61,863 nt of DNA, taken from Eubacteriales bacterium. GTDB lineage: Bacteria > Bacillota > Clostridia > Oscillospirales > SIG627. Positions within the stretch are counted from its first letter, which is position 1. The number at the start of each line of letters is the position of its first letter. Positions 27,632-38,082 of the stretch are shown here, piece after piece. The notes beneath the pieces were generated by a model. That model was not told where the DNA came from, ran no database searches, and was given only the letters and a program-made list of their open reading frames with translations. The stretch spans positions 1 through 61,863 of the forward strand of contig JAZOQB010000035.1 of assembly GCA_045655865.1 (NCBI GenBank), read 5' to 3'. Both the position numbers and the translations under genes were made by a program.

Positions 27632-27707
27632 TGGTCGGAGTGACAGGATTTGAACCTGCGGCATCTTGCTCCCAAAGCAAGCGCGCTACCAACTGCGCTA
27701 CACCCCG
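27632..27707 (-). tRNA. tRNA-Pro(TGG)
   Basis: Reverse complement CGGGGTGTAGCGCAGTTGGTAGCGCGCTTGC-TTTGGGA-GCAAG...GGTTCAAATCC...CCGACCA; 76 nt with encoded CCA. Confidence 0.97.
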
Positions 27708-27905
27708 ATAATTTCTCTAGCCATTCTAACAAGTTCAGTGTTTTTTGTCAATACGCCTAGGAAAAATCGGTCCCTAAATTTTTTGAAAGAGGGAGATCTG
27801 ATTCCTTGGTGAGAAAAAGAGACCGGGGAAAATACAGTTGAAATTTTTCTTGTCTTGTAGTATAATAAATGAGAAATAAGAAGAAAAAAGAAAAGAAATC
27901 TGGGT

Positions 27906-28790
27906 ATGTTGGAATTTCATCCATTGACTTTGGAACAGGCTGAGTTACTGCAGGAGTATTTTAAAAAAGGAAAAACAAGACTTTGCGATCAGACCATGGG
28001 TGGTGCCATGATGTGGCGCAATTGTTTTCACACACAATTTGCTTATGACGGGGAATGCCTTTATTTTCGCAGTGAATTTGAGCCGGGCAAGACGGTCTTT
28101 ACTCCGCCGGTGGGAGATTTGGAAACGGGTGTAAAAAGGCTTGTCGAGCACTGCCGCCAAGAGGGATGCTGTCTTTCCTTTTGCAGTGTGGGTGAAGAAG
28201 AAAAGGATCGGATCCTAGCGCTTTTACCGGATTATTTCGCTACCCCTACCCGGGATTGGTTTGATTATCTGTATTCTGTGGAAAAACTGTCCACGTTTTC
28301 CGGAAAAAAGCTTTCCGGACAGCGCAATCATCGCAATTTTTTTCTAAAAAATCATGCATCTTGGCGTTTTGTTCCCCTCTCAAAGGAGAACGTGGCTTTG
28401 GCCAAAGAGTTTTTCCTTCAGTACGATCAAGAGACCCAGAAAGATTCCCCCTTCTTTCAAGAAGAGGAGAGGGCTGTTTTGGAGGTGTTAGACCATCTGG
28501 AGGTCTACGGCTTTTTTGGCGGAATGATCGTGACAGAGGAGAAGGTGGTCGCGCTCTCTTTGGGGGAGATCATTGGAGATACGATTTTTGTTCATATCGA
28601 AAAGGCCAAACGCCAGGTTCGTGGCTCCTATCAGATGATGGTATCGGAATTTCTCAGGCATTTTGCCGGAGGCACCGTTTTTGTGAATCGGGAAGAGGAT
28701 GTGGGAGATCCCGGCCTTCGATATTCCAAGGAGTCTTATCACCCCGAGCGATTACTGGCAAAATATAGCATTGAAAAACGGGAAAAGTAA
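27906..28790 (+). CDS. DUF2156 / aminoacyl-tRNA-dependent transferase (MprF C-terminal-like) domain protein
   Basis: DYLY...L....GKK...RNH.N.F, VHIEKA, VNREEDVG..GLR.SKESYHP. Confidence 0.85.
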   Translation: MLEFHPLTLEQAELLQEYFKKGKTRLCDQTMGGAMMWRNCFHTQFAYDGECLYFRSEFEPGKTVFTPPVGDLETGVKRLVEHCRQEGCCLSFCSVGEEEKDRILALLPDYFATPTRDWFDYLYSVEKLSTFSGKKLSGQRNHRNFFLKNHASWRFVPLSKENVALAKEFFLQYDQETQKDSPFFQEEERAVLEVLDHLEVYGFFGGMIVTEEKVVALSLGEIIGDTIFVHIEKAKRQVRGSYQMMVSEFLRHFAGGTVFVNREEDVGDPGLRYSKESYHPERLLAKYSIEKREK

Positions 28791-28844
28791 AAGCAGATGA
28801 TACGGGAAGAAGAATTTTGAAAAACAAGAAAAAACAAGGTCCGC

Positions 28845-29078
28845 TCAGTTTTGAGAGGACCTTGTTTCGTTTTCATTTAAAAAATTGGGAATGGAAGGAA
28901 ACTCCGGCGCTTTGCGCACGGACATTTTGACCCGAAGAGGGTCAAAGCAAAATTTGCGGCATTTTTCATGGGGCAATACAATTCCTTTTTTCTTGCAAAT
29001 GCAATACTCGCCCCCGAAGATTTCTTGGGCGTATTCGCATACGGCGCAATTTTCTTCAAAAGTGTTTTTATGTTTCAT
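28845..29078 (-). CDS. Small Cys-rich hypothetical protein
   Basis: RBS GGATGGAG; CAVC...CICKKKG...CRKFCFDPLR. Confidence 0.7.
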   Translation of the reverse strand: MKHKNTFEENCAVCEYAQEIFGGEYCICKKKGIVLPHEKCRKFCFDPLRVKMSVRKAPEFPSIPNFLNENETRSSQN

Positions 29079-29121
29079 TTCTCTCCATCCTTTTCTTTAT
29101 TCTACAGGATGTTCTCTTTTT

Positions 29122-30006
29122 TTACAAGAGTTTTTGCAAAATTTCTGCTCCCAAAAAAAGAAGAGCGGAGAAAACCAGCTTGCCCAAAAAGTATTTTTTC
29201 AGAGAAAGACCCGTTCCTTCCAAGCATCCCACCGTCTGTATATGCACCGACAGGGAAGACCAACCGCATCCGGCAGCGCAGAGGGGGAAGGCTAGAGATG
29301 GAGGAAGAGCGATCAGAGCTTTCATACCGCCGGTGAGCTCCAGAAAAAGAGAGAGACAAGCGGTAGAGATGGGGGAGAGGGCGATACAAAAGGAGAACAA
29401 CTCCGACACAAAAGAAAAAAAGAGAATACAGGCACATATATATAGGAAGGAATTTGCCGCCCCGGAAAGGCTTTGCGTGATAAGCTGGGAAAGAGAGACG
29501 GGTTTGGCGCAGGTTTTTTCGATTTTTTCCAACCGAAAAAGCTTTTTATGAAAGAAAAAGAAAAAGAAAAAAATTGCCAAAGCCCCCTGAAGCAAAAACA
29601 GAAACCAGCCGTATTTTGCCTCCCCCATAAGGCCGATCCCACACACTCCAACCAGAAAAGCCGGTCCGGTGTTGTTGCAAAAAAACAAGAGAGTCTCCCC
29701 TTCGTTTCGGGAAAGAGCCCCTTCTTTGAAAAGGGAGGCGACGGTGACCGCTCCTATGGGGAAACCGCAAAAAAGTCCCAAAAAAAGTGGAAGTAACAGG
29801 GCGGATTTTCCTCCTTTTTTTTGAAGGGAAAGGGTCATCATTCGGGAGAGGACCAGAGAAGGAAAAAGGGAGGGCAGAGCACGCTGTAAGGCGATTTCCA
29901 GTCCTTTTGCCACCCCGCTTATACAGGCTTTTTGAAAACAAAGAGACAAAAGCAGTAGAGAGAAGGGCAGAAGAAAAAGAAGGAGGCTTCGTTTTGGTTT
30001 GGTCAT
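29122..30006 (-). CDS. Sporulation integral membrane protein YlbJ-like
   Basis: LPSLFP, GLFCGFPIGA, FCNN.GPAF, LELTGG, SVHIQ. Confidence 0.82.
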   Translation of the reverse strand: MTKPKRSLLLFLLPFSLLLLSLCFQKACISGVAKGLEIALQRALPSLFPSLVLSRMMTLSLQKKGGKSALLLPLFLGLFCGFPIGAVTVASLFKEGALSRNEGETLLFFCNNTGPAFLVGVCGIGLMGEAKYGWFLFLLQGALAIFFFFFFFHKKLFRLEKIEKTCAKPVSLSQLITQSLSGAANSFLYICACILFFSFVSELFSFCIALSPISTACLSLFLELTGGMKALIALPPSLAFPLCAAGCGWSSLSVHIQTVGCLEGTGLSLKKYFLGKLVFSALLFLGAEILQKLL

Positions 30007-30064
30007 ATTTTTTCTTCCCTTGTGTATATTGGTATTGATACTTTATGCAAAGGATGGCATCTTT

Positions 30065-30319
30065 ATGGCGAAAAAAAGGAAAAATCTCTTTCGTTGGAAT
30101 CATGGAAAAAGCAATTGTATTACTATACATAGCTATCGGCGTCTGGTTATGGAGGGAGTGGAACGCATTATTTTGTGCGATTCGGAAAAAATGGTCTTAC
30201 AGGGCTCTCTTTATATGGTGGTGGAGGGAAAGGATCTTGTCCTTTTGGAATTGGGCAATGATAATATGGAGATCACCGGCTCCATTGGCTCCGTCTCGTT
30301 TGAGGAGAACGCTCCGTGA
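30065..30319 (+). CDS. YabP/YqfC-family sporulation protein
   Basis: Small beta-rich ORF (EGV..I......V.G.DL.......ITG.I.SV.F) upstream of yqfD-phoH. Confidence 0.75.
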   Translation: MAKKRKNLFRWNHGKSNCITIHSYRRLVMEGVERIILCDSEKMVLQGSLYMVVEGKDLVLLELGNDNMEITGSIGSVSFEENAP

Positions 30320-31527
30320 ACGGCGTTTATCGCTACGTTCTGGGGTATTACCGCATCCGTTTTTACTCTTCTCGGCCGGAGCGTGTCCTGAATTTTGCTT
30401 TAAAACAAAACATTCCCATTTGGGGGATATGCCGGGAAGAGACGTCTGTTTCGTTCTCCTTGCATTTCTATCACCGTTTAGCTCTGGAGCCTTTTTGCTC
30501 TGCGCTAGGTCACGGAGAAGAGATTCGGGAAGAGCAAAAAGGATTTCCGGCTCTGGTTTCCCGATTCAAAAAGCGCTGGGGATTCTTTCTTGGCCTTGCG
30601 CTCTTTTTTCTTGCTCTTGCGGTCTCTACACAGTTCGTTTGGAATGTAGAGGTGATTGGAAATGTGAATTTGACCCAGCACCAAATTCGCAAGGCGCTCT
30701 CTCAGGCTGGGCTTTCTCCGGGAAAGGTGATCTCAAAGATCGACCAGGACGAGTTTGCCATGCAGTTTCAGATCGAACACAGTGAATTTTCTTATGTTTC
30801 TTTGAATATTATTGGCACTCGAGCTTTGGTGGAAGTCCGGGAGCGGGAAAAGGTAACGCAAGAGATCGCAGATGACATTCCAACCAATCTGGTTTCCTCT
30901 ATCAGTGGAAAAATCGTGCGTTATGAGGTGCTTTCCGGTCAGGCTGCGGTGACCCGAGGGGAAACGGTTCCCCGGGGAGCGCTTCTGATCAGCGGAGTGA
31001 TGGAACGGTCCAACGGTGCTTTTTCCGTCGTTCGAGCCAAAGGACGGGTGTTTGCAGAAACCGAACGGTATTTTGAAGAAAAAGTCCTTTTTTCCCAAGT
31101 GGAAAAACACTATACCGGTAAGGAAAAGATCCACCGCACATATCAGATCCTGGGATTTTCTCTTTCTTTGCCCGGCGGAGAAAAAAAGCCGTGGGATTGC
31201 TGCGAGGAGCTGGTAAGCGAGGAGAATCTTTCTTTTTTTGGAAGGGCGCTGCCTATCGTTTGCCGAGAGGTGGTTTATCTGGAAACCAGGGAAGAAACAG
31301 AAGTGTTCAATATTGACAGAGCGAGAAATTTCGCTTATGATAAATATGAACAGTATAAAAGGGATACTTTTGCTCCGGGCTATGAAATTCTGGAGGAAAA
31401 CATCGAATTTTCTCAGGATGAAGAGGGAATTACAATAACGGTGTCTCTTCGTCTGATCGAGGATATTGCTGAGGAGAAACCCTTTTCCTGTGCCACGCTT
31501 CCTCCCGGAATGGAGAAGGAAAACTGA
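30316..31527 (+). CDS. yqfD: Sporulation protein YqfD
   Basis: ERVLN....NI.IW, FVWNVEV.GN, NLV...GKI, LLISG; synteny yqfC-yqfD-phoH. Confidence 0.85.
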   Translation: MNGVYRYVLGYYRIRFYSSRPERVLNFALKQNIPIWGICREETSVSFSLHFYHRLALEPFCSALGHGEEIREEQKGFPALVSRFKKRWGFFLGLALFFLALAVSTQFVWNVEVIGNVNLTQHQIRKALSQAGLSPGKVISKIDQDEFAMQFQIEHSEFSYVSLNIIGTRALVEVREREKVTQEIADDIPTNLVSSISGKIVRYEVLSGQAAVTRGETVPRGALLISGVMERSNGAFSVVRAKGRVFAETERYFEEKVLFSQVEKHYTGKEKIHRTYQILGFSLSLPGGEKKPWDCCEELVSEENLSFFGRALPIVCREVVYLETREETEVFNIDRARNFAYDKYEQYKRDTFAPGYEILEENIEFSQDEEGITITVSLRLIEDIAEEKPFSCATLPPGMEKEN

Positions 31528-31539
31528 AAGGAAGTCAGG

Positions 31540-32499
31540 ATGTCGTCAAAAACCATTGAAATATCAAATATGGATACGGTTGCAGAGATTTTTGGTGCTT
31601 TTGATTCTAACCTTCAGCGCATCGAAAAAGAATTTTCTGTTACCATTTTCAGCCGGGACGGACAGATCTGTGTCTCCGGAGAAGAAGAGGGCGTAGAGCT
31701 GGCGGCTAAGGTCATTTCGTATCTGGCCAAGCTTTCCGGCCTTTCCGGAGGGATCACGGAACAGAATCTGGAATATGTTATTGGCGTGGTTCGGGACAAC
31801 GATGAGTGGAGCGCAGAGGAATTGACCCGAGATACCGTCTGCATTACCGCCAAAGGGCGTCCTATTAAGCCGAAAACCATGGGGCAGAAAGGTTTTCTTG
31901 AGTGTATTCGCACGAAAACCATCACCTTTGGCGTAGGTCCTGCCGGAACAGGAAAAACCTTTCTTGCAGTGGCCATGGCTTGTGCCGCTCTGAGAAAAAA
32001 AGAAATTTCCCGTATCATCATTACCCGTCCCGCGGTGGAAGCGGGCGAGCGCCTTGGTTTTTTACCCGGCGATCTGCAAAGTAAGGTTGACCCTTACCTT
32101 CGCCCCCTGTACGATGCACTGTTTGAAATGCTGGGGGGAGAAAATTATCAACGCCTTTTGGAAAAGGGTACCATCGAAGTGGCTCCCCTGGCCTATATGA
32201 GAGGACGCACCCTGGACGATTCTTTCATTATATTAGATGAAGCGCAAAACACCACACCGGAGCAGATGAAAATGTTTCTGACCCGCCTGGGACAGGGATC
32301 GAAGGCGGTGGTCAACGGTGACATTACCCAGATCGATCTTCCCGCCGGAATGCCATCAGGTCTGTCTCAGGCATTGGAGGTTTGTCGGGAAGTGGAAGGA
32401 GTGGGCATATTCCACTTAACTGCCAAAGATGTGGTCCGCAATTCCATTGTTTCCCGGATTGTAAAGGCCTATGAAAAATATGGAAAGGGAAAAAAATGA
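31540..32499 (+). CDS. phoH: PhoH-family protein
   Basis: GPAGTGKTFLA, TRPAVEAGERLGFLPGD, YMRGRTL, LDEAQN. Confidence 0.95.
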   Translation: MSSKTIEISNMDTVAEIFGAFDSNLQRIEKEFSVTIFSRDGQICVSGEEEGVELAAKVISYLAKLSGLSGGITEQNLEYVIGVVRDNDEWSAEELTRDTVCITAKGRPIKPKTMGQKGFLECIRTKTITFGVGPAGTGKTFLAVAMACAALRKKEISRIIITRPAVEAGERLGFLPGDLQSKVDPYLRPLYDALFEMLGGENYQRLLEKGTIEVAPLAYMRGRTLDDSFIILDEAQNTTPEQMKMFLTRLGQGSKAVVNGDITQIDLPAGMPSGLSQALEVCREVEGVGIFHLTAKDVVRNSIVSRIVKAYEKYGKGKK

Positions 32500-32972
32500 A
32501 CCACCGCATTCAAATTGAAAATATCCAGACGGAACGCGCACCGTTCCGCGGATATAAGACCGCACTGCGTCGGGCCATATCTGCCGTCTTACAGGAAGAG
32601 GGCTTTTCTCAAAAGGCAGAGGTTTCTGTGACCCTGGTCTCCCGGGAAGAGATCCGAAGGCTCAACCATCAGTATCGCGGCATCGATCGGGAGACGGATG
32701 TGCTCTCTTTCCCTATGCTGGAAAAGGGAGAAACGGAAGATGTACAGCAGTGGGGAAGCGCCGCCCTTTTGGGAGATATCATCGTCTGCCCGGAGATCAT
32801 CTTTTCTCAGGGCGAACAGTTCGGCACCGGTTACCGAAAGGAATTTTGTCTTATGGTGATCCACTCCACCCTTCACCTTTTGGGCTGGGATCACATAGAG
32901 GAAAAGGAACAAAAATTAATGTTCGCTTTGCAGGAGAAGATCCTTGATTCTTTGCAGGGCGAGGATGAATAG
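32496..32972 (+). CDS. ybeY: rRNA maturation endoribonuclease YbeY
   Basis: LN..YR.ID..TDVLSFP, LGDI, HSTLHLLGWDH. Confidence 0.95.
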   Translation: MNHRIQIENIQTERAPFRGYKTALRRAISAVLQEEGFSQKAEVSVTLVSREEIRRLNHQYRGIDRETDVLSFPMLEKGETEDVQQWGSAALLGDIIVCPEIIFSQGEQFGTGYRKEFCLMVIHSTLHLLGWDHIEEKEQKLMFALQEKILDSLQGEDE

Positions 32973-32984
32973 AAACGGAATTAC

Positions 32985-33890
32985 ATGATGGAAAATTTAA
33001 CTCAAAAAACAGGATTTATTGCCATTGTTGGCCGCCCCAACGTGGGGAAAAGCACTCTTTTGAATACCCTTTTGGGGGAAAAGATCGCAGCGGTATCCCG
33101 CAAGCCGCAGACCACTCGCACCTCCATCACAGGAATCCTTACCCGGGATGGTTGTCAGTACGTTTTTTTGGATACCCCCGGTGTACATAAACCTCGCACC
33201 AAACTTGGCGATTTTATGATGAAGAGCGTGGGCACTGCCACCGCCGACGTATCTTTGGCCATGCTGGTCACCGAGCCCTTGGCCAAGATCCACCCCATTG
33301 AAAAGGAGCTTCTGGATAAATTTCAGAAAATGAGGCTCCCTGTCATTCTTCTTATAAATAAGACCGATCTTTTTTCACCGGAGGAGATCCTTCGGACCAT
33401 TGACGTGTTCGCCAAAGAATATACTTTTGCAGCTGTCATTCCGCTTTCTGCCAAAACGGGAGACGGAACGGATATTATTTTCCGGGAAGCCGAACCTTTC
33501 ATGGAGGAGGGCCCCTGGTTTTTCCCCTCGGATATGATCTCCGATCAGCCGGAACGCACCATCGCTGCGGAGATGATCCGGGAAAAGCTGTTAAAGCTCC
33601 TGGATCAGGAGATCCCCCACGGTGTTGCGGTGGTCATTGAGGATTTTAAGGAATCGGATAAGCTTTTGGATATCCGCGCTGAGATCTATTGCGAAAAGCC
33701 GGGACACAAAAAGATCATTATCGGAAAAGACGGCGCCATGCTGAAAAAAGTGGGCAGTTTCGCTCGGGAAGATCTGGAGGCCTTTTTCGGCGTTCACGTA
33801 AATATCAATCTTTGGGTCAAAGTAAAGGAGAATTGGCGAGATAACGAACTGCTCCTTAATTCTCTCGGTTTTCGTCGCGAGGACAAATGA
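32985..33890 (+). CDS. era: GTPase Era
   Basis: GRPNVGKSTL, KPQTTR, DTPG.H, KH domain IIGK.G.MLK. Confidence 0.96.
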   Translation: MMENLTQKTGFIAIVGRPNVGKSTLLNTLLGEKIAAVSRKPQTTRTSITGILTRDGCQYVFLDTPGVHKPRTKLGDFMMKSVGTATADVSLAMLVTEPLAKIHPIEKELLDKFQKMRLPVILLINKTDLFSPEEILRTIDVFAKEYTFAAVIPLSAKTGDGTDIIFREAEPFMEEGPWFFPSDMISDQPERTIAAEMIREKLLKLLDQEIPHGVAVVIEDFKESDKLLDIRAEIYCEKPGHKKIIIGKDGAMLKKVGSFAREDLEAFFGVHVNINLWVKVKENWRDNELLLNSLGFRREDK

Positions 33891-34690
33891 TACGGACTGT
33901 CAAAGGGCTGGTTCTTCGCAGCATTCAATATGGGGAAAGCGATAAGCTGATCACCGTTTTGACTGAGGAAGGAAAAATTTTCTTCAAAGCGCGCGGAATC
34001 CGGAGTTTGACCAGCAAAAATGCTGCCGGTTGTGCCGCTTTTGTGTATTCGGAATTTGTTTTGGACCAGAGAGGGGACAAGTGCTTTTTGAGAAGGGCAC
34101 AACCCCTCTATTCCACGGTGCGCGCCGGCGCCAGCCTGACTTCTCTGTCGCTGGCAACGTATCTGGCAGAGCTGGCGGAAGACGTGGCACGGGATGAAGA
34201 AACAGGGACTATGGTGCTTCGCCTTTTGATGAACGCGCTGTTTCTTATCTCTAAGGAAGACCGGCCGGAGGATCTGATCAAAGGCGTGTTTGAAATGCGA
34301 CTTCTGGCCGCCAACGGCCTAATGCCGCGCCTGGAGGGGTGCGTTGTTTGCGGAAAAGAGACAAAGCGGTTCACCGGACTTTTTTTTCGACTTTTGGAAG
34401 GGGATCTTGTTTGCCCGGATTGCCTTACCTCTTACGATCGAGAGCTTTGCCGAGTGTCGCCGGAAGTGATTGCTCTTTGCCGCCACAGTATAGAACAGAG
34501 CGAGGAAAAAGCTTACGCCGTTCGGATTTCCGAGAGGCTTTTACGGGAATTTTCCCATTTTGCAGAGAAATTTCTTCTTCAACAAATGGAGCGAAAGTAC
34601 AACACTCTGGATTTTTACCACCAAGTAAAACGCTTGCCGCAAGAAAAGCATCGAAAAGAGCAACCAACGAATGAAGGAAGAAAAATATGA
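33887..34690 (+). CDS. recO: DNA repair protein RecO
   Basis: GLVLR...YGE.DK..T.LT...G, ARG.R, CxxC...CxxC zinc motif; follows era. Confidence 0.92.
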   Translation: MIRTVKGLVLRSIQYGESDKLITVLTEEGKIFFKARGIRSLTSKNAAGCAAFVYSEFVLDQRGDKCFLRRAQPLYSTVRAGASLTSLSLATYLAELAEDVARDEETGTMVLRLLMNALFLISKEDRPEDLIKGVFEMRLLAANGLMPRLEGCVVCGKETKRFTGLFFRLLEGDLVCPDCLTSYDRELCRVSPEVIALCRHSIEQSEEKAYAVRISERLLREFSHFAEKFLLQQMERKYNTLDFYHQVKRLPQEKHRKEQPTNEGRKI

Positions 34691-37065
34691 TACCCTTTGA
34701 AAAAGCTGTCGCAACTTTGGAATATGAAAAGATTCTTTCAATGCTGGCTTCCTCTTGCAGTGTGGAGGCCGGTAAGGAAAAGATTTTGACGCTCCGGCCG
34801 GACTCAGATCCGGACCGGGTCTCTTTTTTGCAAAAGGAGACCGCAATTGCAAAACGGGTCTTAGCGGTCAAAGGAAGTCCTGCCCTTTCCGCTCATCCCC
34901 TTTTACCCGGAGTGATCGATCGGGCAGAGAAGGGAGCGGTGCTCAATCCTTCGGAACTTTTGCGGGTCGGTGCTCTTTTGCGATCGGTGAGCCACGCCCG
35001 ACAATACGGAGAAAACCTTCAAGGAGAAGATCGCCTTCTGGGGGAAATTTTCTCTCGCTTACGTCCCAATCGCGGACTGGAAGAGGAGATCGGTCGCTGT
35101 ATCCTATCCGAGGACACCCTCTCAGATGAGGCTTCTCCTGCCCTGTTTTCCATTCGTCGGAAAATGGCCTCTTGCGCCGCGAAGATCCGGGAAGCTCTCC
35201 AACACTATATCTCCGGAGCCTATGGAAATTTTTTACAGGAGAACATCATTACCTTTCGCAATTCCCGGTATGTGATCCCGGTAAAAAGTGAATATAAAAA
35301 TGAGATCCGGGGGCTGATCCACGATACCAGCTCCAGCGGTGCCACGGTATTCATCGAACCGATGAGTGTGGTGGAGTATAACAATCAGATCAAGGTGCTG
35401 GAAGGAGAGGAAAAGGATGAGATCGAGCGCATCCTTTCCGCCCTCTCTCAGTCCGTTTCCGCCTTTTCCGATGCTCTTCGCCTTGATTTTTACGATATCG
35501 TAGAAATTTCCGTGATTTTTGCACGGGCGGAGCTAGCGGTGAAAATGGATGCCGTGGAGCCGTCCATTTCCCGTAATGGGGAGTTGGAACTGTGCTTGGC
35601 TCGCCATCCTCTTCTGGATCGAAAAATCGCCGTTCCCATCTCGCTGAGTCTGGGAAAGGGCTTTGACACTCTGGTTATTACCGGTCCTAACACCGGAGGA
35701 AAAACCGTAACGCTCAAGACCGTAGGTCTACTTTCCATGATGGCGCAAACGGGACTGCAGATCCCTGCCCAGTCCGCTGTTTTTCCTGTGTATCCGGACA
35801 TTTTGGCAGATATTGGAGACGAGCAGAGCATCGAGCAGTCTCTCTCCACGTTCTCTGCACACATTCGGAATATCATCTCCATGCTCTCCCAGGCTCCCCG
35901 GAAAGCGCTCATGCTCTTTGACGAATTGGGGAGTGGCACAGACCCGGTGGAGGGAGCTGCTCTGGCAGAGGCTATTTTGGAAACCGTTCGGGAACGTGGT
36001 ATCTTTTGTGTAGCCACCACCCACTATGCAGAGTTAAAGACCTATGCCTTGGAGACAGAGGGTGTGGAAAACGCCTCTTGTGAATTTGATCTTGCCACTT
36101 TGAAACCTACCTATCGCCTGATCATCGGTACTCCGGGGCGTTCCAACGCCTTTCTTATATCCGCTCGCCTTGGCCTTTCGCAGGAAATCATCCAAAAGGC
36201 GGAGCGCCTTGTCAAGGCAGAAAACCGTCGTTTTGAGACCGTGGTTGGAAAGCTGGAGGAAGAAAGAGTGGAGATGGAGAAGGCCCGGGAAGAGGCCCGG
36301 CGTCTTCAGGAAGAAGCCCGCGTGATGCGGGAGGAAACGTTAAAGGAACGGGAAGGGCTGCTCGGCGGCGCGGAAAAAGAATTGGAGCGGGCAAAGCAAG
36401 AAGCGTTGCGCCTTGTTAAAAGCGCTCGTGCTCTGTCTGACTCTACCTTTGAAAAATTAGAAGAAATGCAGAAAAAAGCCCTTCGTGATCGGGCTCAGGA
36501 GGATCTGGAAGAAGAGAGAAGGAAGATTCGCCTCACTTTGCGCAACATGGAAGACGACGTTTCCAGCCGTATGGTAGAGGTGGAGGAAAAAGAAGAGAAC
36601 TACACCCTCCCAAGACCTTTGAAAAAAGGAGATGCGGTGTTGATCTCCAATGTGGGAAAAGAGGGGATCCTGGAGAAGCTGACCGGTAGGGAAGCTACCG
36701 TTTTGGTTGGCAATCTCCGTATGAAAACGCCGGTTTCCGCCTTGCGGCTGATGACGGGTTTCCAAAAAGGAAAAAAGGAAAAAAAGAAGGGATCAGTTTC
36801 CTCAACTCCCCGAGCGCAAATTACCAATTCCGTGGATGTTCGCGGCCTTGTTACCGACGATGCTTGGTTTGTGGTGGATAAATACCTGGACGATGTCATC
36901 CTCACGGGATTTGAAAGCGTTACTGTGATTCACGGAAAGGGAACGGGGGCGCTCAAGGCAGGTCTTTGGCGTTATTTTAAAAAGGATCCCCGGATTCGTT
37001 CCTTCCGTTTGGGCCTCTATGGTGAAGGAGACGGAGGAGTTACAATTCTGGAAATGAAAAAGTGA
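34687..37065 (+). CDS. mutS2: Endonuclease MutS2
   Basis: HDTSSSG.T.FIEP, ITGPNTGGKT, DIGDEQSIEQSLSTFS, DELGSGTDP.EG, Smr domain IHGKGTG. Confidence 0.96.
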   Translation: MIPFEKAVATLEYEKILSMLASSCSVEAGKEKILTLRPDSDPDRVSFLQKETAIAKRVLAVKGSPALSAHPLLPGVIDRAEKGAVLNPSELLRVGALLRSVSHARQYGENLQGEDRLLGEIFSRLRPNRGLEEEIGRCILSEDTLSDEASPALFSIRRKMASCAAKIREALQHYISGAYGNFLQENIITFRNSRYVIPVKSEYKNEIRGLIHDTSSSGATVFIEPMSVVEYNNQIKVLEGEEKDEIERILSALSQSVSAFSDALRLDFYDIVEISVIFARAELAVKMDAVEPSISRNGELELCLARHPLLDRKIAVPISLSLGKGFDTLVITGPNTGGKTVTLKTVGLLSMMAQTGLQIPAQSAVFPVYPDILADIGDEQSIEQSLSTFSAHIRNIISMLSQAPRKALMLFDELGSGTDPVEGAALAEAILETVRERGIFCVATTHYAELKTYALETEGVENASCEFDLATLKPTYRLIIGTPGRSNAFLISARLGLSQEIIQKAERLVKAENRRFETVVGKLEEERVEMEKAREEARRLQEEARVMREETLKEREGLLGGAEKELERAKQEALRLVKSARALSDSTFEKLEEMQKKALRDRAQEDLEEERRKIRLTLRNMEDDVSSRMVEVEEKEENYTLPRPLKKGDAVLISNVGKEGILEKLTGREATVLVGNLRMKTPVSALRLMTGFQKGKKEKKKGSVSSTPRAQITNSVDVRGLVTDDAWFVVDKYLDDVILTGFESVTVIHGKGTGALKAGLWRYFKKDPRIRSFRLGLYGEGDGGVTILEMKK

Positions 37066-37081
37066 ATTTTTTGTTAACAAT

Positions 37082-37116
37082 GAAGCCGGCAAAGGACGAA
37101 TTCTTTGCCGGCTTCG
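37082..37116. terminator. Hairpin after mutS2
   Basis: GAAGCCGGCAAAG...CTTTGCCGGCTTC. Confidence 0.6.
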
Positions 37117-37241
37117 TATGATTGAACATATATTATATAAGGAAAAAAACCAATGAAAAAAAGATCGCTTTTTCTCAGAAAATGAGGAAAAACGAAAAAT
37201 GAATAAAATATTTCATAATTATTAAAAAAAAGAGAACAATA

Positions 37242-37270
37242 TTGACAAGGAATTTTTTTCTGCCTATAAT
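37242..37270 (+). promoter_or_regulatory. sigma-A promoter
   Basis: TTGACA-17bp-TATAAT. Confidence 0.7.
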
Positions 37271-37329
37271 CACCAGCGATTTGATAGCGCTTCGAGAAAT
37301 GTGCGAAGAAAAAGAAATTAGGAGATCGT

Positions 37330-38082
37330 ATGACAAAACACTTGCTGAAGCTGAGCGGATCGGTTTCCGTGTTTTTCGCAAGCCTGGGTTTGATCCTGTC
37401 CGTTCTGATTTCTCCCTTGCAATTGCCTGTTTTCGAAAGAGTGAATATCATTTGCTTGAAAGAAGAGGAGAAGGGCGATGCGTATCAGGATTCGGAGCCT
37501 CAGGCTGAGCCCGAGACTGCCGTGCTTCCCATGGCAACGGTGACACCTTTGGAAATATCCGATCTTGCAAAAGCGTCTCTGTCATCCACGCTGTTTCACG
37601 CAAACAGAGAAGAGATACCGGGTTCGGTGGAGAATGTTGTTTCCTCCGTTCTTGCTTCCCGTCAGGAAGGGCCTGTGCCCGAGGGAAATTTTGAAGTATT
37701 CTGTGATCTGACACCGGAAGAATATGAAATGCTGCTTTATTGTGTAGACCATGAAACCAGAAACGGATCATTGGAGCACCGAATGTTGATTATTCAGGTG
37801 GTGCTCAACCGGGTTCAAGGTCCCAAGTTTGGTTCCACCGTGAAGGAAGTTCTTACCGCGCCCAACCAGTTTTGCGGAATGGCCGGTTTTGAAGAGCGCG
37901 ACGGTTGGGTTCCTCTGGAGTTAACTCGGCAAGCGGCGGATCAGGTGCTTTCCGGTCAGGCGCCGGATCTTGCCCAAGGAGCGGTGTATTTCTGCAATCC
38001 CACCTTGGTAGGGGAAGGAAATTGGTTCGACACCACGTTGGAAGCGGTGTGTTACATCGAAGGTCACCGCTTTTATCGCTAG
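37330..38082 (+). CDS. Cell wall hydrolase (SleB/Hydrolase_2 family)
   Basis: N-terminal TM/signal; DHETRN (catalytic Glu position), VVLNRV...F..TV.EV...PNQF, GAVYF.NP, IEGHRFY. Confidence 0.88.
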   Translation: MTKHLLKLSGSVSVFFASLGLILSVLISPLQLPVFERVNIICLKEEEKGDAYQDSEPQAEPETAVLPMATVTPLEISDLAKASLSSTLFHANREEIPGSVENVVSSVLASRQEGPVPEGNFEVFCDLTPEEYEMLLYCVDHETRNGSLEHRMLIIQVVLNRVQGPKFGSTVKEVLTAPNQFCGMAGFEERDGWVPLELTRQAADQVLSGQAPDLAQGAVYFCNPTLVGEGNWFDTTLEAVCYIEGHRFYR

